A stretch of DNA of 64,000 nucleotides from Macrostomum hystrix (Eukaryota; Animalia; Platyhelminthes): NCBI GenBank assembly GCA_950097015.1, contig CATNEN010000033.1, positions 3,534,001-3,598,000 of the forward strand. The letters run 5' to 3'. Shown piece after piece: positions 1 through 15,500 of this stretch. Under the pieces are notes generated by a model. It searched no databases. It was not told the DNA's origin and saw nothing but the letters and a program-made list of their open reading frames with translations. The position numbers and the translations under genes were made by a program. The stretch's first letter is position 1; the number at the start of each line of letters is the position of its first letter.

Positions 1-456
1 TGGATAGAGAGGCTGAGATGGATAGAGAATCTGAGATGGATAGAGGCTGAGATGGATAGAGAATCTGAGATGGATAGAGAATCTGAGATGGATAGAGAGG
101 CTGAGATGGATAGAGAGGCTGAGATGGATAGAGAGGCTGAGATGAATAGAGGCTGAGATGAATAGAGGCTGAGATGGATAGAGAGGCTGAGATGAATAGA
201 GGCTGAGATGGATAGAGGCTGAGATGGATAGAGGCTGAGATGAATAGAGGCTGAGATGGATAGAGGCTGAGATGGATAGAGGCTGAGATGAATAGAGGCT
301 GAGATGGATAGAGGCTGAGATGGATAGAGGCTGAGATGGATAGAGGCTGAGATGAATAGAGGCTGAGATGGATAGAGGCTGAGATGGACACAAAGTGGAA
401 GAGTGGGACAAAACGGTATAGGGGACAGAGTGAGACAGAGATAGGGAGGAGTAGGA

Positions 457-517
457 TGAATGAACTTCTTGAAGCCCCAATCCTTGCCTTGAATGAAGCG
501 GTAGGCTCGCTGGCTCT
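457..517 (-). pseudogene. SPOP: Truncated copy of SPOP MATH exon 3 (leftmost of 40 copies)
   Basis: Minus strand reads tgttaac-ctttcgctctttgtccggtacag|AG AGC CAG CGA GCC TAC CGC TTC ATT CAA GGC AAG GAT TGG GGC TTC AAG AAG TTC ATT CA, i.e. (E)SQRAYRFIQGKDWGFKKFI, matching human SPOP E118-I137. It then joins intron sequence instead of continuing RRDFLLDE. Confidence 0.93.
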
Positions 518-3500
518 CTGTACCGGACAAAGAGCGAAAGGTTAACAATTAAAATCGGAAGTTATTTACTATTTGTACTTTCTATCTAGTAATAAGGGAT
601 CCGAGTGAGACTGAAATTAAGATTGAGAGAGACTGGGAATGAGATTGAAAGACTGAGACTGGAGTTGAGAGAGTGAGACTGTGGTTGACAGAAAGAGATG
701 GATAGAGAGACTGAGATGGATAGAGGCTGAGATGGATAGAGAATCTGAGATAGATAGAGGCTGAGATGGATAGAGAGGCTGAGATGGATAGAGAATCTGA
801 GATGGATAGAGGCTGAGATGGATAGAGAATCTGAGATGGATAGAGAATCTGAGATGGATAGAGAGGCTGAGATGGATAGAGAGGCTGAGATGGATAGAGA
901 GGCTGAGATGAATAGAGGCTGAGATGAATAGAGGCTGAGATGGATAGAGGCTGAGATGAATAGAGGCTGAGATGGATAGAGGCTGAGATGGATAGAGGCT
1001 GAGATGAATAGAGGCTGAGATGGATAGAGGCTGAGATGGATAGAGGCTGAGATGAATAGAGGCTGAGATGGATAGAGGCTGAGATGGATAGAGGCTGAGA
1101 TGAATAGAGGCTGAGATGGATAGAGGCTGAGATGGACACAAAGTGGAAGAGTGGGACAAAACGGTATAGGGGACAGAGTGAGACAGAGATAGGGAGGAGT
1201 AGGATGAATGAACTTCTTGAAGCCCCAATCCTTGCCTTGAATGAAGCGGTAGGCTCGCTGGCTCTCTGTACCGGACAAAGAGCGAAAGGTTAACAATTAA
1301 AATCGGAAGTTATTTACTATTTGTACTTTTCTATCTAGTAATAAGGGATCCGAGTGAGACTGAAATTAAGATTGAGAGAGACTGGGATTAAAATAGAGTG
1401 AGACTGAAATTAAGATTGAGAGAGACTGGGAATGAGATTGAAAGACTGAGACTGGAGTTGAGAGAGTGAGACTGTGGTTGACAGAAAGAGATGGATAGAG
1501 AGACTGAGATGGATAGAGGCTGAGATGGATAGAGAATCTGAGATAGATAGAGGCTGAGATGGATAGAGAGGCTGAGATGGATAGAGAATCTGAGATGGAT
1601 AGAGGCTGAGATGGATAGAGAATCTGAGATGGATAGAGAATCTGAGATGGATAGAGAGGCTGAGATGGATAGAGAGGCTGAGATGGATAGAGAGGCTGAG
1701 ATGAATAGAGGCTGAGATGAATAGAGGCTGAGATGGATAGAGGCTGAGATGAATAGAGGCTGAGATGGATAGAGGCTGAGATGGATAGAGGCTGAGATGA
1801 ATAGAGGCTGAGATGGATAGAGGCTGAGATGGATAGAGGCTGAGATGAATAGAGGCTGAGATGGATAGAGGCTGAGATGGATAGAGGCTGAGATGAATAG
1901 AGGCTGAGATGGATAGAGGCTGAGATGGACACAAAGTGGAAGAGTGGGACAAAACGGTATAGGGGACAGAGTGAGACAGAGATAGGGAGGAGTAGGATGA
2001 ATGAACTTCTTGAAGCCCCAATCCTTGCCTTGAATGAAGCGGTAGGCTCGCTGGCTCTCTGTACCGGACAAAGAGCGAAAGGTTAACAATTAAAATCGGA
2101 AGTTATTTACTATTTGTACTTTTCTATCTAGTAATAAGGGATCCGAGTGAGACTGAAATTAAGATTGAGAGAGACTGGGATTAAAATAGAGTGAGACTGA
2201 AATTAAGATTGAGAGAGACTGGGAATGAGATTGAAAGACTGAGACTGGAGTTGAGAGAGTGAGACTGTGGTTGACAGAAAGAGATGGATAGAGAGACTGA
2301 GATGGATAGAGGCTGAGATGGATAGAGAATCTGAGATAGATAGAGGCTGAGATGGATAGAGAGGCTGAGATGGATAGAGAATCTGAGATGGATAGAGGCT
2401 GAGATGGATAGAGAATCTGAGATGGATAGAGAATCTGAGATGGATAGAGGCTGAGATGGATAGAGAGGCTGAGATGGATAGAGAGGCTGAGATGGATAGA
2501 GAGGCTGAGATGGATAGAGAGGCTGAGATGGATAGAGAGGCTGAGATGAATAGAGGCTGAGATGGATAGAGGCTGAGATGGATAGAGAGGCTGAGATGGA
2601 TAGAGAGACTGAGATGGATAGAGGCTGAGATGGATAGAGGCTGAGATGGATAGAGAGGCTGAGATGGATAGAGGCTGAGATGGATAGAGAGACTGAGATG
2701 GATAGAGGCTGAGATGAATAGAGGCTGAGATAGATAGAGGCTGAGATGGATAGAGGCTGAGATGGATAGAGGCTGAGATGGATAGAGGCTGAGATGGATA
2801 GAGGCTGAGATGAATAGAGGCTGAGATGGATAGAGGCTGAGATGGATAGAGGCTGAGATGAATAGAGGCTGAGATGGATAGAGGCTGAGATGGACACAAA
2901 GTGGAAGAGTGGGACAAAACGGTATAGGGGACAGAGTGAGACAGAGATAGGGAGGAGTAGGATGAATGAACTTCTTGAAGCCCCAATCCTTGCCTTGAAT
3001 GAAGCGGTAGGCTCGCTGGCTCTCTGTACCGGACAAAGAGCGAAAGGTTAACAATTAAAATCGGAAGTTATTTACTATTTGTACTTTCTATCTAGTAATA
3101 AGGGATCCGAGTGAGACTGAAATTAAGATTGAGAGAGACTGGGAATGAGATTGAAAGACTGAGACTGGAGTTGAGAGAGTGAGACTGTGGTTGACAGAAA
3201 GAGATGGATAGAGAGACTGAGATGGATAGAGGCTGAGATGGATAGAGAATCTGAGATAGATAGAGGCTGAGATGGATAGAGAGGCTGAGATGGATAGAGA
3301 ATCTGAGATGGATAGAGGCTGAGATGGATAGAGAATCTGAGATGGATAGAGAATCTGAGATGGATAGAGAGGCTGAGATGGATAGAGAGGCTGAGATGGA
3401 TAGAGAGGCTGAGATGAATAGAGGCTGAGATGAATAGAGGCTGAGATGGATAGAGAGGCTGAGATGAATAGAGGCTGAGATGGATAGAGGCTGAGATGGA

Positions 3501-6500
3501 TAGAGGCTGAGATGAATAGAGGCTGAGATGGATAGAGGCTGAGATGGATAGAGGCTGAGATGAATAGAGGCTGAGATGGATAGAGGCTGAGATGGATAGA
3601 GGCTGAGATGGATAGAGGCTGAGATGAATAGAGGCTGAGATGGATAGAGGCTGAGATGGACACAAAGTGGAAGAGTGGGACAAAACGGTATAGGGGACAG
3701 AGTGAGACAGAGATAGGGAGGAGTAGGATGAATGAACTTCTTGAAGCCCCAATCCTTGCCTTGAATGAAGCGGTAGGCTCGCTGGCTCTCTGTACCGGAC
3801 AAAGAGCGAAAGGTTAACAATTAAAATCGGAAGTTATTTACTATTTGTACTTTCTATCTAGTAATAAGGGATCCGAGTGAGACTGAAATTAAGATTGAGA
3901 GAGACTGGGAATGAGATTGAAAGACTGAGACTGGAGTTGAGAGAGTGAGACTGTGGTTGACAGAAAGAGATGGATAGAGAGACTGAGATGGATAGAGGCT
4001 GAGATGGATAGAGAATCTGAGATAGATAGAGGCTGAGATGGATAGAGAGGCTGAGATGGATAGAGAATCTGAGATGGATAGAGGCTGAGATGGATAGAGA
4101 ATCTGAGATGGATAGAGAATCTGAGATGGATAGAGAGGCTGAGATGGATAGAGAGGCTGAGATGGATAGAGAGGCTGAGATGAATAGAGGCTGAGATGAA
4201 TAGAGGCTGAGATGGATAGAGGCTGAGATGAATAGAGGCTGAGATGGATAGAGGCTGAGATGGATAGAGGCTGAGATGAATAGAGGCTGAGATGGATAGA
4301 GGCTGAGATGGATAGAGGCTGAGATGAATAGAGGCTGAGATGGATAGAGGCTGAGATGGATAGAGGCTGAGATGAATAGAGGCTGAGATGGATAGAGGCT
4401 GAGATGGACACAAAGTGGAAGAGTGGGACAAAACGGTATAGGGGACAGAGTGAGACAGAGATAGGGAGGAGTAGGATGAATGAACTTCTTGAAGCCCCAA
4501 TCCTTGCCTTGAATGAAGCGGTAGGCTCGCTGGCTCTCTGTACCGGACAAAGAGCGAAAGGTTAACAATTAAAATCGGAAGTTATTTACTATTTGTACTT
4601 TTCTATCTAGTAATAAGGGATCCGAGTGAGACTGAAATTAAGATTGAGAGAGACTGGGATTAAAATAGAGTGAGACTGAAATTAAGATTGAGAGAGACTG
4701 GGAATGAGATTGAAAGACTGAGACTGGAGTTGAGAGAGTGAGACTGTGGTTGACAGAAAGAGATGGATAGAGAGACTGAGATGGATAGAGGCTGAGATGG
4801 ATAGAGAATCTGAGATAGATAGAGGCTGAGATGGATAGAGAGGCTGAGATGGATAGAGAATCTGAGATGGATAGAGGCTGAGATGGATAGAGAATCTGAG
4901 ATGGATAGAGAATCTGAGATGGATAGAGGCTGAGATGGATAGAGAGGCTGAGATGGATAGAGAGGCTGAGATGGATAGAGAGGCTGAGATGGATAGAGAG
5001 GCTGAGATGGATAGAGAGGCTGAGATGAATAGAGGCTGAGATGGATAGAGGCTGAGATGGATAGAGAGGCTGAGATGGATAGAGAGACTGAGATGGATAG
5101 AGGCTGAGATGGATAGAGGCTGAGATGGATAGAGAGGCTGAGATGGATAGAGGCTGAGATGGATAGAGAGACTGAGATGGATAGAGGCTGAGATGAATAG
5201 AGGCTGAGATAGATAGAGGCTGAGATGGATAGAGGCTGAGATGGATAGAGGCTGAGATGGATAGAGGCTGAGATGGATAGAGGCTGAGATGAATAGAGGC
5301 TGAGATGGATAGAGGCTGAGATGGATAGAGGCTGAGATGAATAGAGGCTGAGATGGATAGAGGCTGAGATGGACACAAAGTGGAAGAGTGGGACAAAACG
5401 GTATAGGGGACAGAGTGAGACAGAGATAGGGAGGAGTAGGATGAATGAACTTCTTGAAGCCCCAATCCTTGCCTTGAATGAAGCGGTAGGCTCGCTGGCT
5501 CTCTGTACCGGACAAAGAGCGAAAGGTTAACAATTAAAATCGGAAGTTATTTACTATTTGTACTTTCTATCTAGTAATAAGGGATCCGAGTGAGACTGAA
5601 ATTAAGATTGAGAGAGACTGGGAATGAGATTGAAAGACTGAGACTGGAGTTGAGAGAGTGAGACTGTGGTTGACAGAAAGAGATGGATAGAGAGACTGAG
5701 ATGGATAGAGGCTGAGATGGATAGAGAATCTGAGATAGATAGAGGCTGAGATGGATAGAGAGGCTGAGATGGATAGAGAATCTGAGATGGATAGAGGCTG
5801 AGATGGATAGAGAATCTGAGATGGATAGAGAATCTGAGATGGATAGAGAGGCTGAGATGGATAGAGAGGCTGAGATGGATAGAGAGGCTGAGATGAATAG
5901 AGGCTGAGATGAATAGAGGCTGAGATGGATAGAGAGGCTGAGATGAATAGAGGCTGAGATGGATAGAGGCTGAGATGGATAGAGGCTGAGATGAATAGAG
6001 GCTGAGATGGATAGAGGCTGAGATGGATAGAGGCTGAGATGAATAGAGGCTGAGATGGATAGAGGCTGAGATGGATAGAGGCTGAGATGGATAGAGGCTG
6101 AGATGAATAGAGGCTGAGATGGATAGAGGCTGAGATGGACACAAAGTGGAAGAGTGGGACAAAACGGTATAGGGGACAGAGTGAGACAGAGATAGGGAGG
6201 AGTAGGATGAATGAACTTCTTGAAGCCCCAATCCTTGCCTTGAATGAAGCGGTAGGCTCGCTGGCTCTCTGTACCGGACAAAGAGCGAAAGGTTAACAAT
6301 TAAAATCGGAAGTTATTTACTATTTGTACTTTCTATCTAGTAATAAGGGATCCGAGTGAGACTGAAATTAAGATTGAGAGAGACTGGGAATGAGATTGAA
6401 AGACTGAGACTGGAGTTGAGAGAGTGAGACTGTGGTTGACAGAAAGAGATGGATAGAGAGACTGAGATGGATAGAGGCTGAGATGGATAGAGAATCTGAG

Positions 6501-9500
6501 ATAGATAGAGGCTGAGATGGATAGAGAGGCTGAGATGGATAGAGAATCTGAGATGGATAGAGGCTGAGATGGATAGAGAATCTGAGATGGATAGAGAATC
6601 TGAGATGGATAGAGAGGCTGAGATGGATAGAGAGGCTGAGATGGATAGAGAGGCTGAGATGAATAGAGGCTGAGATGAATAGAGGCTGAGATGGATAGAG
6701 GCTGAGATGAATAGAGGCTGAGATGGATAGAGGCTGAGATGGATAGAGGCTGAGATGAATAGAGGCTGAGATGGATAGAGGCTGAGATGGATAGAGGCTG
6801 AGATGAATAGAGGCTGAGATGGATAGAGGCTGAGATGGATAGAGGCTGAGATGAATAGAGGCTGAGATGGATAGAGGCTGAGATGGACACAAAGTGGAAG
6901 AGTGGGACAAAACGGTATAGGGGACAGAGTGAGACAGAGATAGGGAGGAGTAGGATGAATGAACTTCTTGAAGCCCCAATCCTTGCCTTGAATGAAGCGG
7001 TAGGCTCGCTGGCTCTCTGTACCGGACAAAGAGCGAAAGGTTAACAATTAAAATCGGAAGTTATTTACTATTTGTACTTTTCTATCTAGTAATAAGGGAT
7101 CCGAGTGAGACTGAAATTAAGATTGAGAGAGACTGGGATTAAAATAGAGTGAGACTGAAATTAAGATTGAGAGAGACTGGGAATGAGATTGAAAGACTGA
7201 GACTGGAGTTGAGAGAGTGAGACTGTGGTTGACAGAAAGAGATGGATAGAGAGACTGAGATGGATAGAGGCTGAGATGGATAGAGAATCTGAGATAGATA
7301 GAGGCTGAGATGGATAGAGAGGCTGAGATGGATAGAGAATCTGAGATGGATAGAGGCTGAGATGGATAGAGAATCTGAGATGGATAGAGAATCTGAGATG
7401 GATAGAGGCTGAGATGGATAGAGAGGCTGAGATGGATAGAGAGGCTGAGATGGATAGAGAGGCTGAGATGGATAGAGAGGCTGAGATGGATAGAGAGGCT
7501 GAGATGAATAGAGGCTGAGATGGATAGAGGCTGAGATGGATAGAGAGGCTGAGATGGATAGAGAGACTGAGATGGATAGAGGCTGAGATGGATAGAGGCT
7601 GAGATGGATAGAGAGGCTGAGATGGATAGAGGCTGAGATGGATAGAGAGACTGAGATGGATAGAGGCTGAGATGAATAGAGGCTGAGATAGATAGAGGCT
7701 GAGATGGATAGAGGCTGAGATGGATAGAGGCTGAGATGGATAGAGGCTGAGATGGATAGAGGCTGAGATGAATAGAGGCTGAGATGGATAGAGGCTGAGA
7801 TGGATAGAGGCTGAGATGAATAGAGGCTGAGATGGATAGAGGCTGAGATGGACACAAAGTGGAAGAGTGGGACAAAACGGTATAGGGGACAGAGTGAGAC
7901 AGAGATAGGGAGGAGTAGGATGAATGAACTTCTTGAAGCCCCAATCCTTGCCTTGAATGAAGCGGTAGGCTCGCTGGCTCTCTGTACCGGACAAAGAGCG
8001 AAAGGTTAACAATTAAAATCGGAAGTTATTTACTATTTGTACTTTCTATCTAGTAATAAGGGATCCGAGTGAGACTGAAATTAAGATTGAGAGAGACTGG
8101 GAATGAGATTGAAAGACTGAGACTGGAGTTGAGAGAGTGAGACTGTGGTTGACAGAAAGAGATGGATAGAGAGACTGAGATGGATAGAGGCTGAGATGGA
8201 TAGAGAATCTGAGATAGATAGAGGCTGAGATGGATAGAGAGGCTGAGATGGATAGAGAGGCTGAGATGGATAGAGAGGCTGAGATGAATAGAGGCTGAGA
8301 TGGATAGAGGCTGAGATGAATAGAGGCTGAGATGGATAGAGGCTGAGATGGATAGAGGCTGAGATGAATAGAGGCTGAGATGGATAGAGGCTGAGATGGA
8401 TAGAGGCTGAGATGAATAGAGGCTGAGATGGATAGAGGCTGAGATGGATAGAGGCTGAGATGAATAGAGGCTGAGATGGATAGAGGCTGAGATGGACACA
8501 AAGTGGAAGAGTGGGACAAAACGGTATAGGGGACAGAGTGAGACAGAGATAGGGAGGAGTAGGATGAATGAACTTCTTGAAGCCCCAATCCTTGCCTTGA
8601 ATGAAGCGGTAGGCTCGCTGGCTCTCTGTACCGGACAAAGAGCGAAAGGTTAACAATTAAAATCGGAAGTTATTTACTATTTGTACTTTCTATCTAGTAA
8701 TAAGGGATCCGAGTGAGACTGAAATTAAGATTGAGAGAGACTGGGAATGAGATTGAAAGACTGAGACTGGAGTTGAGAGAGTGAGACTGTGGTTGACAGA
8801 AAGAGATGGATAGAGAGACTGAGATGGATAGAGGCTGAGATGGATAGAGAATCTGAGATAGATAGAGGCTGAGATGGATAGAGAGGCTGAGATGGATAGA
8901 GAATCTGAGATGGATAGAGGCTGAGATGGATAGAGAATCTGAGATGGATAGAGAATCTGAGATGGATAGAGAGGCTGAGATGGATAGAGAGGCTGAGATG
9001 GATAGAGAGGCTGAGATGAATAGAGGCTGAGATGAATAGAGGCTGAGATGGATAGAGGCTGAGATGAATAGAGGCTGAGATGGATAGAGGCTGAGATGGA
9101 TAGAGGCTGAGATGAATAGAGGCTGAGATGGATAGAGGCTGAGATGGATAGAGGCTGAGATGAATAGAGGCTGAGATGGATAGAGGCTGAGATGGATAGA
9201 GGCTGAGATGGATAGAGGCTGAGATGAATAGAGGCTGAGATGGATAGAGGCTGAGATGGACACAAAGTGGAAGAGTGGGACAAAACGGTATAGGGGACAG
9301 AGTGAGACAGAGATAGGGAGGAGTAGGATGAATGAACTTCTTGAAGCCCCAATCCTTGCCTTGAATGAAGCGGTAGGCTCGCTGGCTCTCTGTACCGGAC
9401 AAAGAGCGAAAGGTTAACAATTAAAATCGGAAGTTATTTACTATTTGTACTTTTCTATCTAGTAATAAGGGATCCGAGTGAGACTGAAATTAAGATTGAG

Positions 9501-12500
9501 AGAGACTGGGATTAAAATAGAGTGAGACTGAAATTAAGATTGAGAGAGACTGGGAATGAGATTGAAAGACTGAGACTGGAGTTGAGAGAGTGAGACTGTG
9601 GTTGACAGAAAGAGATGGATAGAGAGACTGAGATGGATAGAGGCTGAGATGGATAGAGAATCTGAGATAGATAGAGGCTGAGATGGATAGAGAGGCTGAG
9701 ATGGATAGAGAATCTGAGATGGATAGAGGCTGAGATGGATAGAGAATCTGAGATGGATAGAGAATCTGAGATGGATAGAGGCTGAGATGGATAGAGAGGC
9801 TGAGATGGATAGAGAGGCTGAGATGGATAGAGAGGCTGAGATGGATAGAGAGGCTGAGATGGATAGAGAGGCTGAGATGAATAGAGGCTGAGATGGATAG
9901 AGGCTGAGATGGATAGAGAGGCTGAGATGGATAGAGAGACTGAGATGGATAGAGGCTGAGATGGATAGAGGCTGAGATGGATAGAGAGGCTGAGATGGAT
10001 AGAGGCTGAGATGGATAGAGAGACTGAGATGGATAGAGGCTGAGATGAATAGAGGCTGAGATAGATAGAGGCTGAGATGGATAGAGGCTGAGATGGATAG
10101 AGGCTGAGATGGATAGAGGCTGAGATGGATAGAGGCTGAGATGAATAGAGGCTGAGATGGATAGAGGCTGAGATGGATAGAGGCTGAGATGAATAGAGGC
10201 TGAGATGGATAGAGGCTGAGATGGACACAAAGTGGAAGAGTGGGACAAAACGGTATAGGGGACAGAGTGAGACAGAGATAGGGAGGAGTAGGATGAATGA
10301 ACTTCTTGAAGCCCCAATCCTTGCCTTGAATGAAGCGGTAGGCTCGCTGGCTCTCTGTACCGGACAAAGAGCGAAAGGTTAACAATTAAAATCGGAAGTT
10401 ATTTACTATTTGTACTTTCTATCTAGTAATAAGGGATCCGAGTGAGACTGAAATTAAGATTGAGAGAGACTGGGAATGAGATTGAAAGACTGAGACTGGA
10501 GTTGAGAGAGTGAGACTGTGGTTGACAGAAAGAGATGGATAGAGAGACTGAGATGGATAGAGGCTGAGATGGATAGAGAATCTGAGATAGATAGAGGCTG
10601 AGATGGATAGAGAGGCTGAGATGGATAGAGAATCTGAGATGGATAGAGGCTGAGATGGATAGAGAATCTGAGATGGATAGAGAATCTGAGATGGATAGAG
10701 AGGCTGAGATGGATAGAGAGGCTGAGATGGATAGAGAGGCTGAGATGAATAGAGGCTGAGATGAATAGAGGCTGAGATGGATAGAGGCTGAGATGAATAG
10801 AGGCTGAGATGGATAGAGGCTGAGATGGATAGAGGCTGAGATGAATAGAGGCTGAGATGGATAGAGGCTGAGATGGATAGAGGCTGAGATGAATAGAGGC
10901 TGAGATGGATAGAGGCTGAGATGGATAGAGGCTGAGATGGATAGAGGCTGAGATGAATAGAGGCTGAGATGGATAGAGGCTGAGATGGACACAAAGTGGA
11001 AGAGTGGGACAAAACGGTATAGGGGACAGAGTGAGACAGAGATAGGGAGGAGTAGGATGAATGAACTTCTTGAAGCCCCAATCCTTGCCTTGAATGAAGC
11101 GGTAGGCTCGCTGGCTCTCTGTACCGGACAAAGAGCGAAAGGTTAACAATTAAAATCGGAAGTTATTTACTATTTGTACTTTCTATCTAGTAATAAGGGA
11201 TCCGAGTGAGACTGAAATTAAGATTGAGAGAGACTGGGAATGAGATTGAAAGACTGAGACTGGAGTTGAGAGAGTGAGACTGTGGTTGACAGAAAGAGAT
11301 GGATAGAGAGACTGAGATGGATAGAGGCTGAGATGGATAGAGAATCTGAGATAGATAGAGGCTGAGATGGATAGAGAGGCTGAGATGGATAGAGAATCTG
11401 AGATGGATAGAGGCTGAGATGGATAGAGAATCTGAGATGGATAGAGAATCTGAGATGGATAGAGAGGCTGAGATGGATAGAGAGGCTGAGATGGATAGAG
11501 AGGCTGAGATGAATAGAGGCTGAGATGAATAGAGGCTGAGATGGATAGAGGCTGAGATGAATAGAGGCTGAGATGGATAGAGGCTGAGATGGATAGAGGC
11601 TGAGATGAATAGAGGCTGAGATGGATAGAGGCTGAGATGGATAGAGGCTGAGATGAATAGAGGCTGAGATGGATAGAGGCTGAGATGGATAGAGGCTGAG
11701 ATGAATAGAGGCTGAGATGGATAGAGGCTGAGATGGACACAAAGTGGAAGAGTGGGACAAAACGGTATAGGGGACAGAGTGAGACAGAGATAGGGAGGAG
11801 TAGGATGAATGAACTTCTTGAAGCCCCAATCCTTGCCTTGAATGAAGCGGTAGGCTCGCTGGCTCTCTGTACCGGACAAAGAGCGAAAGGTTAACAATTA
11901 AAATCGGAAGTTATTTACTATTTGTACTTTTCTATCTAGTAATAAGGGATCCGAGTGAGACTGAAATTAAGATTGAGAGAGACTGGGATTAAAATAGAGT
12001 GAGACTGAAATTAAGATTGAGAGAGACTGGGAATGAGATTGAAAGACTGAGACTGGAGTTGAGAGAGTGAGACTGTGGTTGACAGAAAGAGATGGATAGA
12101 GAGACTGAGATGGATAGAGGCTGAGATGGATAGAGAATCTGAGATAGATAGAGGCTGAGATGGATAGAGAGGCTGAGATGGATAGAGAATCTGAGATGGA
12201 TAGAGGCTGAGATGGATAGAGAATCTGAGATGGATAGAGAATCTGAGATGGATAGAGGCTGAGATGGATAGAGAGGCTGAGATGGATAGAGAGGCTGAGA
12301 TGGATAGAGAGGCTGAGATGGATAGAGAGGCTGAGATGGATAGAGAGGCTGAGATGAATAGAGGCTGAGATGGATAGAGGCTGAGATGGATAGAGAGGCT
12401 GAGATGGATAGAGAGACTGAGATGGATAGAGGCTGAGATGGATAGAGGCTGAGATGAATAGAGGCTGAGATGGATAGAGGCTGAGATGGATAGAGGCTGA

Positions 12501-15500
12501 GATGAATAGAGGCTGAGATGGATAGAGGCTGAGATGGACACAAAGTGGAAGAGTGGGACAAAACGGTATAGGGGACAGAGTGAGACAGAGATAGGGAGGA
12601 GTAGGATGAATGAACTTCTTGAAGCCCCAATCCTTGCCTTGAATGAAGCGGTAGGCTCGCTGGCTCTCTGTACCGGACAAAGAGCGAAAGGTTAACAATT
12701 AAAATCGGAAGTTATTTACTATTTGTACTTTCTATCTAGTAATAAGGGATCCGAGTGAGACTGAAATTAAGATTGAGAGAGACTGGGAATGAGATTGAAA
12801 GACTGAGACTGGAGTTGAGAGAGTGAGACTGTGGTTGACAGAAAGAGATGGATAGAGAGACTGAGATGGATAGAGAGGCTGAGATGGATAGAGAGGCTGA
12901 GATGAATAGAGGCTGAGATGGATAGAGGCTGAGATGGATAGAGGCTGAGATGAATAGAGGCTGAGATGGATAGAGGCTGAGATGGATAGAGGCTGAGATG
13001 AATAGAGGCTGAGATGGATAGAGGCTGAGATGGATAGAGGCTGAGATGGATAGAGGCTGAGATGAATAGAGGCTGAGATGGATAGAGGCTGAGATGGATA
13101 GAGGCTGAGATGAATAGAGGCTGAGATGGATAGAGGCTGAGATGGATAGAGGCTGAGATGAATAGAGAATCTGAGATGGATAGAGGCTAAGATGGATAGA
13201 GGCTGAGATGGATAGAGAGGCTGAGATGGATAGAGGCTGAGATGGATAGAGAGACTGAGATGGATAGAGGCTGAGATGGATAGAGGCTGAGATGGATAAA
13301 GGCTGAGATGGATAGAGAATCTGAGATGGATAGAGAATCTGAGATGGATAGAGAATCTGAGATGGATAGAGAGGCTGAGATGGATAGAGGCTGAGATGGA
13401 TAGAGAGGCTGAGATGGATAGAGAGGCTGAGATGGATAGAGAGGCTGAGATGGATAGAGAGGCTGAGATGAATAGAGGCTGAGATGGATAGAGAGACTGA
13501 GATGGATAGAGAGACTGAGATGGATAGAGGCTGAGATGAATAGAGGCTGAGATGGATAGAGAGACTGAGATGGATAGAGGCTAAGATGGATAGAGGCTGA
13601 GATGGATAGAGAGGCTGAGATGGATAGAGGCTGAGATGGATAGAGAGACTGAAATGGATAGAGGCTGAGATGGATAGAGGCTGAGATGGATAGAGAATCT
13701 GAGATGGATAGAGAATCTGAGATGGATAGAGAATCTGAGATGGATAGAGAATCTGAGATGGATAGAGAGGCTGAGATGGATAGAGAGGCTGAGATGGATA
13801 GAGAGGCTGAGATGGATAGAGAGGCTGAGATAGATAGAGGCTGAGATGGATAGAGAGGCTGAGATGGATAGAGAATCTGAGATGGATAGAGGCTGAGATG
13901 GATAGAGAATCTGAGATGGATAGAGAATCTGAGATGGATAGAGGCTGAGATGGATAGAGAGGCTGAGATGGATAGAGAGGCTGAGATGGATAGAGAGGCT
14001 GAGATGGATAGAGAGGCTGAGATGGATAGAGAGGCTGAGATGAATATAGGCTGAGATAGATAGAGGCTGAGATGGATAGAGAGGCTGAGATGGATAGAGA
14101 GACTGAGATGGATAGAGGCTGAGATGGATAGAGGCTGAGATGGATAGAGAGGCTGAGATGGATAGAGGCTGAGATGGATAGAGAGACTGAGATGGATAGA
14201 GGCTGAGATGGATAGAGGCTGAGATGGATAGAGGCTGAGATGGACACAAAGTGGAAGAGTGGGACAAAACGGTATAGGGGACAGAGTGAGACAGAGATAG
14301 GGAGGAGTAGGATGAATGAACTTCTTGAAGCCCCAATCCTTGCCTTGAATGAAGCGGTAGGCTCGCTGGCTCTCTGTACCGGACAAAGAGCGAAAGGTTA
14401 ACAATTAAAATCGGAAGTTATTTACTATTTGTACTTTTCTATCTAGTAATAAGGGATCCGAGTGAGACTGAAATTAAGATTGAGAGAGACTGGGATTAAA
14501 ATAGAGTGAGACTGAAATTAAGATTGAGAGAGACTGGGAATGAGATTGAAAGACTGAGACTGGAGTTGAGAGAGTGAGACTGTGGTTGACAGAAAGAGAT
14601 GGATAGAGAGACTGAGATGGATAGAGGCTGAGATGGATAGAGAATCTGAGATAGATAGAGGCTGAGATGGATAGAGAGGCTGAGATGGATAGAGAATCTG
14701 AGATGGATAGAGGCTGAGATGGATAGAGAATCTGAGATGGATAGAGAATCTGAGATAGATAGAGGCTGAGATGGATAGAGAGGCTGAGATGGATAGAGAG
14801 GCTGAGATGGATAGAGAGGCTGAGATGGATAGAGAGGCTGAGATGGATAGAGAGGCTGAGATGAATAGAGGCTGAGATGGATAGAGGCTGAGATGGATAG
14901 AGAGGCTGAGATGGATAGAGAGACTGAGATGGATAGAGGCTGAGATGGATAGAGGCTGAGATGGATAGAGAGGCTGAGATGGATAGAGGCTGAGATGGAT
15001 AGAGAGACTGAGATGGATAGAGGCTGAGATGGATAGAGGCTGAGATGGATAAAGGCTGAGATGGATAGAGAGGCTGAGATGAATAGAGGCTGAGATGAAT
15101 AGAGGCTGAGATGGATAGAGGCTGAGATGAATAGAGAGGCTGAGATGAATAGAGGCTGAGATGAATAGAGGCTGAGATGGATAGAGGCTGAGATGAATAG
15201 AGGCTGAGATGGATAGAGGCTGAGATGAATAGAGGCTGAGATGGATAGAGGCTGAGATGGATAGAGGCTGAGATGAATAGAGGCTGAGATGGATAGAGGC
15301 TGAGATGGACACAAAGTGGAAGAGTGGGACAAAACGGTATAGGGGACAGAGTGAGACAGAGATAGGGAGGAGTAGGATGAATGAACTTCTTGAAGCCCCA
15401 ATCCTTGCCTTGAATGAAGCGGTAGGCTTGCTGGCTCTCTGTACCGGACAAAGAGCGAAAGGTTAACAATTAAAATCGGAAGTTATTTACTATTTGTACT

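Noticed and set aside
15429-15429. R->Q change equivalent to human SPOP R121Q in two copies
   Set aside because: A single CpG transition copied by a block duplication in non-functional fragments; the match is coincidental.
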